DNA from: an uncultured Candidatus Saccharibacteria bacterium
Lineage (GTDB): Bacteria; Patescibacteriota; Minisyncoccia; Phycocordibacterales; Phycocordibacteraceae
DNA length: 49,863 nt
NCBI GenBank assembly: GCA_964565655.1
Contig: CAZMFT010000001.1
Location: 3,390-53,252 of the forward strand
Reading direction: 5' to 3'
A program made the translations under genes and the position numbers. The notes under the pieces were generated by a model. That model searched no databases. It was not told where the DNA came from and worked only from the letters and a program-made list of their open reading frames with translations. The first letter of the stretch is position 1, and every line of letters begins with the position of its first letter. Shown here piece after piece: positions 15,515-26,272 of the stretch.

Positions 15515-15910
15515 ATGGCGGGATACACCACAAACATAGAACGCGACACGCTTGAGAACGAAGATTTTCGCAAAGTCCTTTACACGGGCTCGTACTTGCA
15601 GCTAGTCCTCATGAGCGTCGCTGCGGGTGATGAGATTGGAGAAGAGGTTCATGGGCAGGACCAGTTCATCCGCGTGGAAGAGGGGGAAGGTAAGGCGATA
15701 CTCGATGGGGAGGAGCACGCGCTTTCCGATGGATTCGTGGTCGTCATACCAGCTGGAACGAAGCACAATATCGTGAATACTTCGACTTCCGACGCGCTGA
15801 AGCTCTACACGATATACGCGCCACCGCACCATGCGGACGGGACGATACACAAGACGAAGGCGGAAGCAGAAGCCGCAGAAGAGGAATTTCACGGCGATAC
15901 CTCGGAATAG
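15515..15910 (+). CDS. Cupin-domain protein
   Basis: It has a cupin motif spacing of GEEVHGQDQFIRVEEGEG ... IPAGTKHNI. The start lies 2 nt after the upstream stop. Confidence 0.7.
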   Translation: MAGYTTNIERDTLENEDFRKVLYTGSYLQLVLMSVAAGDEIGEEVHGQDQFIRVEEGEGKAILDGEEHALSDGFVVVIPAGTKHNIVNTSTSDALKLYTIYAPPHHADGTIHKTKAEAEAAEEEFHGDTSE

Positions 15911-16019
15911 CTTCATCCGCCCTTGTAGGGTGGAGCGCATGTTCACACCCCATCATTGCTAAATATAGATTTTGTTGTATTCTATTTCCTAGAAGGAACC
16001 TTTTTACGGGGAGTACGCC

Positions 16020-16517
16020 ATGCAGTTCATGGATGTGCCGTGCCAGATAGACGTGACAGCCGTCATGCCCATCGGCGATGCCGAGATACGTCCGGCGCTG
16101 CGGTTCTCCGATTTCAAGGACCGTCGCATCGAGATCGCCATCGATTCCTACGCCTCGAATCCACAGCGGATGCTCGTCACCGGCGGAGGCTTGTCGGGAA
16201 GCACTATCGCAGAGCGCGAGATCCTCTACAAGGACGTGACCTCATGGCTCAAGAGAGCGATCCTCGATCGGATCAGGGAGTGTCTCGGGAAGGAAGATCC
16301 CGATGCGCCCCAGTATTCCGTCCCGGAAAGCGACTACGTCATGTGGGGTCTTGCGGATGGTTCGTTCCGCGCGGCTACGAGAAGCGAGCTGCCTGCTTTC
16401 GAGCGGCATCTGCCCCCGATCAAGCATTTCGGGATCAAGCTCACGCGATACCTCTACGAGAAGGAGGGCGACAAGCAGGTCGCGACGCCCTGCCTCTTCT
16501 ACTCGAACGAGTTCTGA
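16020..16517 (+). CDS. Hypothetical protein (165 aa)
   Basis: ATG with a GGGGAG RBS, an AT-rich promoter region upstream and a terminator downstream. Confidence 0.5.
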   Translation: MQFMDVPCQIDVTAVMPIGDAEIRPALRFSDFKDRRIEIAIDSYASNPQRMLVTGGGLSGSTIAEREILYKDVTSWLKRAILDRIRECLGKEDPDAPQYSVPESDYVMWGLADGSFRAATRSELPAFERHLPPIKHFGIKLTRYLYEKEGDKQVATPCLFYSNEF

Positions 16518-16520
16518 CCC

Positions 16521-16554
16521 AAAGCCCTGGCGCAACGCGCCGGGGCTTTTCTGC
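16521..16554 (+). terminator. Rho-independent terminator
   Basis: aaagccctggcgc-aac-gcgccggggcttt (13 bp, one G-U pair) followed by a T-run. Confidence 0.65.
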
Positions 16555-16586
16555 AGCAGGACTGGATTTTTTATGAATTATGTGGC

Positions 16587-17552
16587 ATGGTGATGGTACT
16601 AATCGCCATGAAGAACCGACCCCAGATCTCCGCGGTCGTGCCTGTCTATAACGAGGAAGGGGCGCTTGCTGCGCTCCATACGGAGCTTGTCGCTGCGCTC
16701 TCGGCGCTTGGCGGCACGTACGAGGTCATCTATGTGGACGATGGGAGTACGGATAATTCTCTCGCGGTCGCGAAGTCTTTGCCTGGCGCCTCTATCATCG
16801 CGCTTCGCCGCAATTACGGACAAGCGGTCGCGATGGATGCGGGCCTCAAGGCAGCAGAAGGCGACTACATCGTGACCTTAGACGCCGATGGGCAGAACGA
16901 TCCTGCGGACATCGAGAAACTTCTCACGAAGCTTACCGATGAGGATCTCGACGTCGTCGCAGGCTGGCGCAGGAATCGCCGCGATAATGCGGACATCCGC
17001 ATCATCACCAAGGCCGCACGCTGGCTCCGTCGCGCGTTCATCTCGGATGTCGTCCATGATTCGGGCTGCACGCTCCGCGTCTATACGCGCGAGGCAGCGA
17101 AGTCCTTGGATATCGGCGGTGAGATGCATCGCTACATCCTCGCGCTTCTCCAGTGGAAAGGGTTCCGCATCGGGGAGGCAGAGGTGAATCACCGTCCTCG
17201 TACGACCGGAAAGAGCAAGTACGGGCCGACGAAGGCGATTCGCGGCCTCATCGACCTCGTCTACATCTGGTTCTTGTACAAGTACTCGCAGCGCCCGCTA
17301 CACCTTTTCGGCTACATGAGCTTCGCTTCAGGGGCGCTCGGTGCCGCCGCATTCTGCTGGTCCGTATACGGAAAAATCGCGCTCGGCCTTTCGGTAAACC
17401 GAAACGGATGGTTCCTCTTGGCGTTCTTCTTCCTCCTCGCCTCCATCATCTTCTTCAGCTTCGGCATCGTGCTCGACCTTCTCATCCGCTCGCGCTACGA
17501 CACCTCCCCTCACGAGAAACGCTACTATGTCCGTTCTACGCATAAGGCATGA
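16587..17552 (+). CDS. GT2 polyprenyl-phosphate sugar synthase (GtrB/ArnC/DPM1-like) with two C-terminal TM helices
   Basis: It has VVPVYNEEG, VDDGSTDNS, RNYGQ and LDADGQNDP motifs plus a C-terminal membrane hairpin. An alternative start is ATG 16608. Confidence 0.85.
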   Translation: MVMVLIAMKNRPQISAVVPVYNEEGALAALHTELVAALSALGGTYEVIYVDDGSTDNSLAVAKSLPGASIIALRRNYGQAVAMDAGLKAAEGDYIVTLDADGQNDPADIEKLLTKLTDEDLDVVAGWRRNRRDNADIRIITKAARWLRRAFISDVVHDSGCTLRVYTREAAKSLDIGGEMHRYILALLQWKGFRIGEAEVNHRPRTTGKSKYGPTKAIRGLIDLVYIWFLYKYSQRPLHLFGYMSFASGALGAAAFCWSVYGKIALGLSVNRNGWFLLAFFFLLASIIFFSFGIVLDLLIRSRYDTSPHEKRYYVRSTHKA

Positions 17553-18676
17553 AGCGCATCCTTCTCCTTAACTACGAATTCCCGCCGGTGGGAGGCGGGG
17601 GAGGCGTCGCGTCCCACGTAATCGCAAAAGGCTACGTCGCTGCGGGATACGAAGTGGACGTCGTGACTACCTGGATGCCCGGGCTCCCGAAGCGCGAGAC
17701 GGTAGACGGAATCACGGTCTACCGCGTCTTCGTCCCAGGACGCATGAAGAAGGCGACCGGGAACCTTATCTCGCTCCTCCTCTATCCCGTGGCCGCATTC
17801 CTGCGTGGCGTCCTCCTTTGCTGGAACCATGAGTACGCGTTCATCCATACGTTCTTCGTCGTGCCGACGGGGCCTCTTGGCTACGCGCTCTCTCGTCTCT
17901 TCTCCATACCCGACATCCTTTCCGCGCAGGGCGGCGATATCTATGACCCCACGAAGAAGCTCTCGCCGCATCGGCAGTGGTACTTGCGCGCTGCGGTACG
18001 CTTCCTCTTGAATCGTGCGCACGCCATCACGACCGAATCGGAAGACCTCGTGCATAACACCTCTTTGCGCTACGCGACGACGCGCGTGCCGCACCTGATC
18101 GCGCATCCTTATGAGCCGCATGAGTATCCGGCAGCGTCTCGCAGAGAGCTCGGCCTCAAGGAAGGCGTCTTCTATACGGCGAGCGTCGGGCGCCTCGTTA
18201 AGCGGAAGGGATTTGATTGGCTCATCCGTGCGATCGCCGCGGACACCACAGGAAAGGAAGCACTCATCATGGGCGACGGGCCGGAGCGCGAAGCGCTCCG
18301 GACGCTCGCCGAGGAGCTCGGCGTCGCGTTGCGCGTACACCTCCTCGGGTTTGTTCCTGCCGAGAAGAAACACCAGTACCTCGCTGCGTCCGATGCGTTC
18401 GTCCTCACCTCGCTCCATGAAGGACTCGGACTCGTCTTGCTTGAGGCCATGCACGCAGGGCTTCCGGTCGTCGCGACCGATGTGGGCGGACAGACAGACG
18501 TCGTTGCGGACGGTGAGAATGGCCGGCTCGTTCGGTTCGGTGACACCGGCGCGCTCCTTGCGGCGCTCGATGAGATGACACCCGAGTTTTCGGCGCGCGC
18601 GAAGAAGAAGAGTCGGGAGATCCTCGCACGCCATGAGGTAGGGAAGATCATCCGCGAATACCTCGCCCTCGTATGA
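17549..18676 (+). CDS. GT4 (GT-B fold) glycosyltransferase
   Basis: It has the EGLGLVLLEAMHAGLPVVATDVGG signature and overlaps the upstream gene by ATGA. Confidence 0.85.
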   Translation: MKRILLLNYEFPPVGGGGGVASHVIAKGYVAAGYEVDVVTTWMPGLPKRETVDGITVYRVFVPGRMKKATGNLISLLLYPVAAFLRGVLLCWNHEYAFIHTFFVVPTGPLGYALSRLFSIPDILSAQGGDIYDPTKKLSPHRQWYLRAAVRFLLNRAHAITTESEDLVHNTSLRYATTRVPHLIAHPYEPHEYPAASRRELGLKEGVFYTASVGRLVKRKGFDWLIRAIAADTTGKEALIMGDGPEREALRTLAEELGVALRVHLLGFVPAEKKHQYLAASDAFVLTSLHEGLGLVLLEAMHAGLPVVATDVGGQTDVVADGENGRLVRFGDTGALLAALDEMTPEFSARAKKKSREILARHEVGKIIREYLALV

Positions 18677-19581
18677 CCGACACGCCGCTCATATCCGTCA
18701 TCATCGCGACCCATAATCGGGCGACACTCCTTCCGCGCGCGGTACGGAGCATCTACGCCCAGACCTACCAGCATATTGAGGTCATCGTCATAGACGATGC
18801 ATCGACGGACGAGACGCAGGCAGTCATCGCTTCCTTGCGTACGGAATTCCCATCCCTGGTTACGCTCAAGAATGACACCAACCTCGGGAATGTCGGTACG
18901 AAGAACCTCGGTATCCGTACTGCGCGCGGCGAATACATCGCATTTCTCGATGACGATGACGAGTACGAGCCGGGGAAGCTCGAGAAACAGCTCGCGCTCC
19001 TCCTTGAGACCAGCGAGAAATGCGCGAGCTGCGCGATGCGCTGGGTCGAGGACGGTCGTACCGTAAAGACGACCTTGGCGCGCAGTCCCGGCATTTCGTT
19101 CGAGAACGGCGGCGCGATATCCACGTGGCTCATTCATCGCTCGGTATTTGACGAGGTAGGGCTCCTCGACCCTGCTATCTATATGAACGACGACGGGGAT
19201 TTCCTCGTGCGTGCAAACCGGAAATTCCGCTTCGTCTTCGTCGAGAGCGTCGAATACACCCACTATTATTCCGCGTCGCAGATATCGAGCTCTCGGGAGA
19301 ACAAGATACTCGCGTGGTCGCGCCTCCTCGACCGCTACGAGGCGACGTTCACGAAGCGAGAGCGCGCTCGCGCGTACTTGAAGCTCGCCACCTTCAGCCT
19401 CATCGCCGGAAAGAAAGATATACGTGCCGCGCTCCGCTCCCTTGCTGCGCACCCATCCGCATCCGCGCTCGTCATACTCTTCATACTGCTTGTCCCGAGC
19501 GTCGTCGCCTCGAAAGTGATCCTCAATAAGGCGCTCGACCTTATGCACTACCCGATGAGCTTTGCGAGCCGTTACGCATGA
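18673..19581 (+). CDS. GT2 glycosyltransferase
   Basis: It has ISVIIATHNR, IDDASTDET and LDDDDEY (DxD) motifs, and an ATGA overlap. Confidence 0.8.
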   Translation: MTDTPLISVIIATHNRATLLPRAVRSIYAQTYQHIEVIVIDDASTDETQAVIASLRTEFPSLVTLKNDTNLGNVGTKNLGIRTARGEYIAFLDDDDEYEPGKLEKQLALLLETSEKCASCAMRWVEDGRTVKTTLARSPGISFENGGAISTWLIHRSVFDEVGLLDPAIYMNDDGDFLVRANRKFRFVFVESVEYTHYYSASQISSSRENKILAWSRLLDRYEATFTKRERARAYLKLATFSLIAGKKDIRAALRSLAAHPSASALVILFILLVPSVVASKVILNKALDLMHYPMSFASRYA

Positions 19582-21011
19582 ACGATCTCTATCGCAAGTC
19601 GAAGATAGGGTTCTTGTGGACATTCACCGGGAACGTAGGGAAGGCTGCGTTTGGTCTCGCGACCTTGATTGTCCTCACCTACATGCTCCCGCCGGCGGAG
19701 CTCGGATTAGTCAGCATCATCATGGTCGTCTACGGGCTTTCGGAGACGATCGCCCAGTTCGGACTCTCGCAGTCCATTATCGGACGGAAGGGAGTTACCG
19801 CCAACGAGCTCTCGAGCATCTTCTGGGTTAATGTGCTCATCGGCTTCGCTGTCTTCGGGCTTACCTGGCTCCTTGCGCCCTGGCTCGCCGGATTCTATGC
19901 GCATGAGGAGCTTGTCGGCCTCATCAGGCTCATGGGCGCGATATTCCTCATCGAGCCGTGGAGCCTCGTCTTCAAAGCGGTACTCGAGAAGGAGTTGCGG
20001 TTCCCGATAGGGGAGAAGGTGTTCATCACGCGCCATGCCGTTCAGGCTATCGCCGTGATCGCGTTCCTCTTCGCCGGTTACGGAGTCACAGGCTACGTGT
20101 ACGGTACTCTCATCGCTTCAGCGTCCGTCGTCCCGCTCTTCTTCCTCGTATTCGCTCGGCACGGATGGTGGTTGCCGGGCTTCCATCTGCGCCTCGCGGA
20201 GGTGCGTGCCCACTATGCGTTCGGCGTGTACGTGACCGGGAAGGAGTTCGTGAATTTTCTCGGCCGTAACCTCGACGAGCTTCTCGTCGGGCGGGTCTTC
20301 GGGCTCGAGACCTTAGGCATCTATTTCTTCGCGAAGAAGATCATCGAACGGCCGACCCAGGCGTTCTCGAGTCCGTTCTCGCGCGTCACGTTCCCGTTCT
20401 TCGCCGCGTTGCGCGATGACGCCGAGCGTCTCGCCAAGGCATACTTCGGTCTCACGCGTATCGTCGCCTCCCTCGGCTTCATGGCAGCAGGATTCGCGCT
20501 CATTCTCGCGCCCGCCGTGATCGGTCTCGTCTTCGGTCCGACCTATGCGGCGGCTGACAGCCTGATCCGCATATTCATACTCGCGAGCTTCTTCCAGATA
20601 CTCTTGGTCGGATTCGGTACTCCGATACTCTATGCGCTCCAGCGTCCTGGCGTCGTGTTCATGATAGACCTCGCCGTCACGAGCGCGAAGTGTGTCGCAG
20701 TATTCGTCGCGGCGCTCTATTCCATCGAAGCGGTCGCGCTCACCGTCCTCATCGCGACCGCGCTTAAGCTCGTCGTCATACAGGTTTTCGCGAACCGGTA
20801 CCTCGGCACCGCGTGGCGTGAGTATCTCGCGCATGTCATGCGCCCCTTGGCCCATTCCCTTATCGCGCTCGCGATTTCGCTCATTCCGTTCATCGTGACC
20901 GGAGCCGCGCATCCATACATGTCCGCGCTCATCTTCCTTATCGCCGGAAGCGCAGTGATACTTGTGTACGACCCTGATACCGTGAGCCGCATACGGAGCT
21001 TGACGCCATGA
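19578..21011 (+). CDS. Wzx-like oligosaccharide flippase (MOP superfamily polysaccharide biosynthesis protein)
   Basis: It is 477 aa with about 12-14 TM helices and an N-terminal pattern typical of Wzx/RfbX. It has an ATGA overlap. Confidence 0.8.
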   Translation: MNDLYRKSKIGFLWTFTGNVGKAAFGLATLIVLTYMLPPAELGLVSIIMVVYGLSETIAQFGLSQSIIGRKGVTANELSSIFWVNVLIGFAVFGLTWLLAPWLAGFYAHEELVGLIRLMGAIFLIEPWSLVFKAVLEKELRFPIGEKVFITRHAVQAIAVIAFLFAGYGVTGYVYGTLIASASVVPLFFLVFARHGWWLPGFHLRLAEVRAHYAFGVYVTGKEFVNFLGRNLDELLVGRVFGLETLGIYFFAKKIIERPTQAFSSPFSRVTFPFFAALRDDAERLAKAYFGLTRIVASLGFMAAGFALILAPAVIGLVFGPTYAAADSLIRIFILASFFQILLVGFGTPILYALQRPGVVFMIDLAVTSAKCVAVFVAALYSIEAVALTVLIATALKLVVIQVFANRYLGTAWREYLAHVMRPLAHSLIALAISLIPFIVTGAAHPYMSALIFLIAGSAVILVYDPDTVSRIRSLTP

Positions 21012-22000
21012 TCACGGACCCCCGCATCTCTATCGTCATCGAGACCGAGAACCTCGGCATGGCCGGGCTTGATGACCTCATGACGAGCCTCGCTTCGCTC
21101 CATGCGCAGACGCTTCCGAAAGAGGCGATCAAGGAGATACTCGTCATAGGCGGTTCTCATATATCCACTGACAGCCTCGCCCGTATCACGGATGCGTATC
21201 CCAAGGTCCGCGTTGTCGTGTCCGAGAAGCCGCTTGAGTACACGGAATCGAAGATGCTCGGCGCGAAAGTCGCGACAGGCGACATCCTGGTGTTCGCGGA
21301 CTCTGATACCGATTACGAGCCCACGTGCGTAAAGAACATGACCGACATCCTCCTCTCTGACGAGAGCGTATGGGTCGCAGGAGGCGACACTCGCGTCAGG
21401 ATCGAGTCAGGTTATGGCCTCGCTATGAACCTTATCTGGATGTTTCCGGTCCTGTCGCGGCTCTCGGCGCCTGCGAAGCGGCCGTATTTCCCTTTGAATA
21501 ATTTCGCAATACGACGCGAGGTGATGCTCACATACCCAATACCGACCGAATTGCCCCTATATCGAGGGAAGATAGGGCACTGGCAGGATATCCTCACGAA
21601 CGCGGGGTGCGTCACGTATCGCGCGCCCGGAAGCCGCGGCGCGCATGCGGCGCCCGCGACACTCATCGATTGGTGGTACCGCATGCTCATACACGGGGCG
21701 GACGCGGTCGCGAAGGCGGACTTCCGGCTCGTCGAGGGAGGTCGCGTCGTCGAAAAGCGGTCCCTGTCTCGACGGCTGTATGCATTCCTCATGCTCGCGC
21801 CGAAGAAGATACTCGGATTCTTCCTCCGCGGCGCGAAGCTCCTCCGGGAGGACTGGACCCTCCTCCGCTATGCGCTTACCGGCATACCGATAGCGCTCGC
21901 GAGCCTCATGCTCATCCAGGTGGGTGCCATGACCGCGCTCTTTGATCGCGCCTTCATCCTTCGCCGCATCGCTGCCCATGAAGCCGCTCATGTCGTCTAA
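21008..22000 (+). CDS. GT2-like glycosyltransferase with C-terminal membrane segments
   Basis: It has ISIVIETENL, FADSDTDY (DxD) and hydrophobic C-terminal helices, plus an ATGA overlap. Confidence 0.6.
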   Translation: MITDPRISIVIETENLGMAGLDDLMTSLASLHAQTLPKEAIKEILVIGGSHISTDSLARITDAYPKVRVVVSEKPLEYTESKMLGAKVATGDILVFADSDTDYEPTCVKNMTDILLSDESVWVAGGDTRVRIESGYGLAMNLIWMFPVLSRLSAPAKRPYFPLNNFAIRREVMLTYPIPTELPLYRGKIGHWQDILTNAGCVTYRAPGSRGAHAAPATLIDWWYRMLIHGADAVAKADFRLVEGGRVVEKRSLSRRLYAFLMLAPKKILGFFLRGAKLLREDWTLLRYALTGIPIALASLMLIQVGAMTALFDRAFILRRIAAHEAAHVV

Positions 22001-22889
22001 CATCTTCAAGAAGGGTGCGCGCGAAGGGTCCGTGAGCGTCGTCATCCCGGTCTATCGGGATGAGAAAGGGCTCCGCGATACGCTCGAGTCCTTAGGCACC
22101 CAGAGTCTAAGAAGAGATCGTTTCGAGATCATTGTCGGGAATGACGGAGGCGACGCTGCTATCTCGGCCGCATGCGCTGCATACGGCGTTCGTCACATAG
22201 CCGTCCTTCCGCGGCAAGGCTCCTATGGCGCGCGAAACGCCGCGCTCGCGGAATCGGAAGGGGAGTTCATCGCGTTCGTCGATGCGGATATCACGGTGCC
22301 CTCCGATTGGCTCGAAAAAGGCATCGCGCTCCTTGCGAACCACGACTACGTGGGCGGCGCAGTGCGTTTCGATCCGCGCGCGCTCATCCATGCGTCCCAT
22401 TACTACGAAGCCGGCGTTGCATTCAATAATGCGAGCCGGTTCGCACGCCATCATTACGCACCGACCGCTAACCTGTTCGTCAGACGCTCATTGCTCGAAG
22501 AGATCGGCGCGTTCGATCCTCGGTTCGAGTCAGGCGGCGATGCGGAGTTCGGCAATCGCGTCTACCTCGCCGGCTGCTATCGTATGACCTTCTCGGATGA
22601 GCTTTACATACACCACCCGCCGCGCGGCTACCGTGCGCTCGTACGGAAGGTCAAGCGCACGACGCTCGGCATGCGCGACAAGCTCCGCTACTATCCGGAG
22701 CGATTCGGATACCTCCGCATGTCGCCGCTGCGCTCCTTCCTTATCCCGTTTATGCCTGCGTGGAAGCTCGTGAAGGAAGGACGGCTCGGCACGCTGCGCA
22801 CCGTAGCTACGCTCCCGATAGCACTCTGGTTCGGGCTCGTCGAGTATTACTACTTCGTCCGCGTCTTCTATACGGGCATCAAGGTGTGA
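21990..22889 (+). CDS. GT2 glycosyltransferase
   Basis: It has VSVVIPVYRDE, a GNDGG segment and FVDADITV (DxD). Its start overlaps the upstream gene. An alternative ATG is at 21978. Confidence 0.8.
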   Translation: MSSNIFKKGAREGSVSVVIPVYRDEKGLRDTLESLGTQSLRRDRFEIIVGNDGGDAAISAACAAYGVRHIAVLPRQGSYGARNAALAESEGEFIAFVDADITVPSDWLEKGIALLANHDYVGGAVRFDPRALIHASHYYEAGVAFNNASRFARHHYAPTANLFVRRSLLEEIGAFDPRFESGGDAEFGNRVYLAGCYRMTFSDELYIHHPPRGYRALVRKVKRTTLGMRDKLRYYPERFGYLRMSPLRSFLIPFMPAWKLVKEGRLGTLRTVATLPIALWFGLVEYYYFVRVFYTGIKV

Positions 22890-24795
22890 AGGTTTTCACG
22901 AACACGTCGAACTTCGGCTGTTCGGGGCCATAGGGCTCATAGGTCGCGAATATATGCTCGCGGATGGCAGGCGAGACGAAGCGCCATCTATCGCGCTCCA
23001 TCATCACGAATACGCTCCGTTCGTTCTCGAGCGCGAGGAGTTCTGGAAGCGTCTCAAGTATCGCCGAGCGCGTGTAGTGGTATCTGCCGTCGCGGCCGTA
23101 GAGCGCGATCTCGCCTGCATGCGATATGAGCCAGTATTCGGGCTGCTTCGCGTAGATCATGACGAGTTCCGGTGAGCTTCCGACTACCGCGTAGTCCCCT
23201 GACGCGAGCAGGTCGGCAATGTCGCTCCGGAACGCCTCGCGTTCGAGGGCTGTCACTTCGCGCGCCGGAGGCACGAGCGCGAACGCAGGGGTCGTGGCGA
23301 TAAGCGCGATGAGGAACGCGACGCCCGCGCCCCTAAGGCGCGCAAGGGTATCGGCCGCGACAGCTGCTACCGCGGCAAGCATGAGGAAGAGCGGCATGAT
23401 GAGGAATACGTAGCGGTCGCGGTATCCCGTACCGAAGGCCTGGGAGTATATGGCTATATCGACTGCGAGCGCTATGCCGACGAAGGCATACACGAGAAGG
23501 AGGAGTACGCCGTCTCGCCCCGCGCGGCGCAGGTGCCCTGCGACGAATAGGGCGCCCATCGGGACGAGCGCTGCGGCGAGGCCGAGCGCGTCCGCGATGA
23601 GCTGGTACGAGCGCCCGATTTCAGAGAACATGGCACCGAAGCGATAGGGCGTCTGGTTCTGATAGACGCGCGCGAGAAACGCCTCATGAAGGAGCGGGAA
23701 TAGAGCGATGCCGATCAGGACGAGAAGGGCGAGTACCGCAACAATGAGCGAGAGGCGCGTCCGCGCGATACGCCCGTACTCCGCGCGCCACGCGTACATC
23801 GCCATGAGGAGCGGGATAGGGAGCGCGATGAATCCGATGCGGTGCGAGAGGAAGCAGAGGACCGCGGAGAGGGCCGTAAGCGAAAGCCAGAGGAGCGAGC
23901 GCTGATCGAAGAAGCGTACCGCGCAATACATAGTCAGCGTGAAGAAGAACGCGAGGAATACATACATGCGCGCGAAGGTGGAGTACTCGATCATCACGAA
24001 GGAGAGCGCCATAAGCGCAGCGAAGACGAGGCCGACGCGCCGGTCTGCGACCGCGCGCCCGAGGAAGAAGGCAAGGAGGACGGTAAGCATCCCGAACGTG
24101 ACGCCGGCGATGCGCGCGCCGAACTCGTCGAAACCGAAGACCGAGATACCGCTTGCGATGAGCGCAGTCGAGAGGATCTCGCGGCCGTATATCTTTCCAG
24201 ACGGCATCGTCGGAGAACCTGTTTCCGCAAACGCTTCAGCTGCGATGCCGGAGATGCCCTCGTCCACGTTCAGGAATCCGTCAGAGAGATGCGCGGCGCG
24301 CAACCAGTATCCGCCTGCGAGGATGAGGATCAAGAGGAGGGGCGCGAGCCACGCCCGCCCGCCCGCCTCCGGCGCGAGCATCTCATGCGCGCCGCCATAG
24401 TGCATCCACGCGAGCGCGATGCCGAGGACGACGACTATAGGGAACATGATCCGAAGCCCGTCGAGCGCTGCGGCATACGGGAGCGCAGTCGAGGCATACG
24501 CAGCCACGGCGAACGCGACGAAGAACGCGGGCGTAAGGATCCGCGCCGCGTACCGCGGGAACGCGCGGATGACCGCGCCTGATCCGTGCAGGTGCGCTTC
24601 GAGCCATGCGCGTTCGAAACGGATGACATGAGCGAGTGCCAGCAGGATGGTCGCGAGCGCGCCGGACTTCACGAACACCGAAGGCGAGAATACGAATACC
24701 CACACCGAGCCGAGGGCTATGAGGACGGCGAGGTAGGCGGACATATGTTTAGAAAGAATAGACCCAGATCTCCGAATACGGCGCGCGTCGGTCAT
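22879..24795 (-). CDS. GT-C fold membrane glycosyltransferase (PMT_2/ArnT-like), long form
   Basis: It has many TM helices and an FLNVDEGISG loop motif (a DE-type catalytic loop as in PMT/ArnT), followed by a C-terminal soluble domain. An alternative start is ATG 24744. Confidence 0.7.
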   Translation of the reverse strand: MTDARRIRRSGSILSKHMSAYLAVLIALGSVWVFVFSPSVFVKSGALATILLALAHVIRFERAWLEAHLHGSGAVIRAFPRYAARILTPAFFVAFAVAAYASTALPYAAALDGLRIMFPIVVVLGIALAWMHYGGAHEMLAPEAGGRAWLAPLLLILILAGGYWLRAAHLSDGFLNVDEGISGIAAEAFAETGSPTMPSGKIYGREILSTALIASGISVFGFDEFGARIAGVTFGMLTVLLAFFLGRAVADRRVGLVFAALMALSFVMIEYSTFARMYVFLAFFFTLTMYCAVRFFDQRSLLWLSLTALSAVLCFLSHRIGFIALPIPLLMAMYAWRAEYGRIARTRLSLIVAVLALLVLIGIALFPLLHEAFLARVYQNQTPYRFGAMFSEIGRSYQLIADALGLAAALVPMGALFVAGHLRRAGRDGVLLLLVYAFVGIALAVDIAIYSQAFGTGYRDRYVFLIMPLFLMLAAVAAVAADTLARLRGAGVAFLIALIATTPAFALVPPAREVTALEREAFRSDIADLLASGDYAVVGSSPELVMIYAKQPEYWLISHAGEIALYGRDGRYHYTRSAILETLPELLALENERSVFVMMERDRWRFVSPAIREHIFATYEPYGPEQPKFDVFVKTFTP

Positions 24796-26272
24796 GGAAG
24801 ACGAGCGTCGTATGTGTGTCTATGTAGGAGAGCAGCGCTTCATCCACGCGCTTCGCGGAGGCCATCCGGTCGAAGACGACGAATCCGTGCTTGGTCTCGA
24901 TGAGCGACACGAGCTCCTCGACCGACTCGATGGCGCGAGCTCCTACATAGGATTCCTTCCCGTCCTTGATCTCGTCCGCGGGAGACGGAACTCCGAGGTA
25001 GGAGTACGGCAGCCAGTAGCCGGATTCGCCGAGATATACCTTCGTCATGACCGGCAAGGAAGAGATGATGATGCTGCCTTCCGTGCGATGTTCACGTATA
25101 TAGCCATAGGCGTTGCTCCAATCGGGCTCCGGAGTCGCTGCGGAATACGTACGACCTGGAAGCCAGATACCTTCATCGGTCTCAAGCGGATAGAACACCT
25201 GAGAACTAAGCACGCCCGCGGAAGACCATATGAATACGACGAGAACCGCAACGAGAGTCGCTCCGCGTGAGATACGATCTTTGATCCGCTCGAACAGGAC
25301 GACGAGGCCGAACGCCGCGCCGATGAATATGACCGGCACAAGGTGGAAGAGGTAGCGGTAATGGATGATCGGGTTGAAAAGCGCGAGCGGAACGAGGTAG
25401 GCCAGGAACACGAGGATGAGGAACCAGACCGGTCGCTTATCGCGTCCTGTCGTGAGCATGATGCCGGGAAGCGCAGCGATGAGGAGTATTGCGTACGTGC
25501 CTACGAGGTACGTCGCGTAGAAGACGAGCGTGTTATAGAAGGCGAACCGCTCGAGGTAGAGGGGGAGGGAGGTGGAGAATAGGGCGAGTGCGCCTAGGCC
25601 TACGAGTACGACGACCCCGAGCATGATCAAAGCCTCCCTTTTCGTGCCGCGTTTCGCGATGAGGGAGCGATCAAGCGCGAACCAGGCAACGAATATGAGC
25701 GGCAAGAGCCAACCCAGAGCGTGGGTAAGGATGGCGAGCGCGGTCGCGACCACCGTCACCGCGCCCCACAGGAACGTCTGACGCTTCCAGGTTCCTTTCG
25801 CCCGCATCCATTCCCAGAACGACCATAGGCCGAGCCAGAAGAAGAGTTCGAAAAGGGTGTACCAGCGCGCGTCCCGAGACCACGCGATATGAATGGAGGA
25901 GAACGCGAGGAATGAGGTCGCGCCGAGCGCTACCCACGTCGAGAACATCCGTCGCGCGATAAGGAAAAAGAGCGGAATGAGTAGCACGCCCGCGACAGCC
26001 GCCACTAGGCGATAGGAAGCAGGGCTATCGCCGAGCGTGTCCGCGACCCAGGCCGAGGGGTAGCAGTAGAGCGGGCACCGATACATCTCTCCGGAGGCGA
26101 GCCGCGCTTCGCCGGTCCTCTGTATCTCCTGTATGGCGTTCACGGAGAATCCCTCATCCATCCAGTACGACTCCCGCGAGAGGTCCTCGAGCCTCAGATA
26201 CCCTCCCCAGAGGGTCAGGATGACGACGGCAGCGGTTATCCACACCCTTGACGGGGAAGATGAAGTAGCCAT
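24749..26272 (-). CDS. GT-C fold membrane glycosyltransferase (PMT_2/ArnT-like)
   Basis: SYWMDEGFSVNAI follows TM1, then there are more than 10 TM helices and a C-terminal soluble domain. ATG at 26272 is preferred over the TTG at 26308 used by the ORF track. Confidence 0.7.
   Translation of the reverse strand: MATSSSPSRVWITAAVVILTLWGGYLRLEDLSRESYWMDEGFSVNAIQEIQRTGEARLASGEMYRCPLYCYPSAWVADTLGDSPASYRLVAAVAGVLLIPLFFLIARRMFSTWVALGATSFLAFSSIHIAWSRDARWYTLFELFFWLGLWSFWEWMRAKGTWKRQTFLWGAVTVVATALAILTHALGWLLPLIFVAWFALDRSLIAKRGTKREALIMLGVVVLVGLGALALFSTSLPLYLERFAFYNTLVFYATYLVGTYAILLIAALPGIMLTTGRDKRPVWFLILVFLAYLVPLALFNPIIHYRYLFHLVPVIFIGAAFGLVVLFERIKDRISRGATLVAVLVVFIWSSAGVLSSQVFYPLETDEGIWLPGRTYSAATPEPDWSNAYGYIREHRTEGSIIISSLPVMTKVYLGESGYWLPYSYLGVPSPADEIKDGKESYVGARAIESVEELVSLIETKHGFVVFDRMASAKRVDEALLSYIDTHTTLVFHDRRAPYSEIWVYSF

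Noticed and set aside
18172-19623. 483-aa ORF on the minus strand across the GT4/GT2 genes
   Set aside because: It is antisense to genes with clear glycosyltransferase motifs. The product is Arg/Ser/Ala-rich low-complexity sequence, typical of shadow ORFs in GC-rich DNA. The same applies to 17525..18634, 20313..20912, 21557..22045 and 23842..24582.
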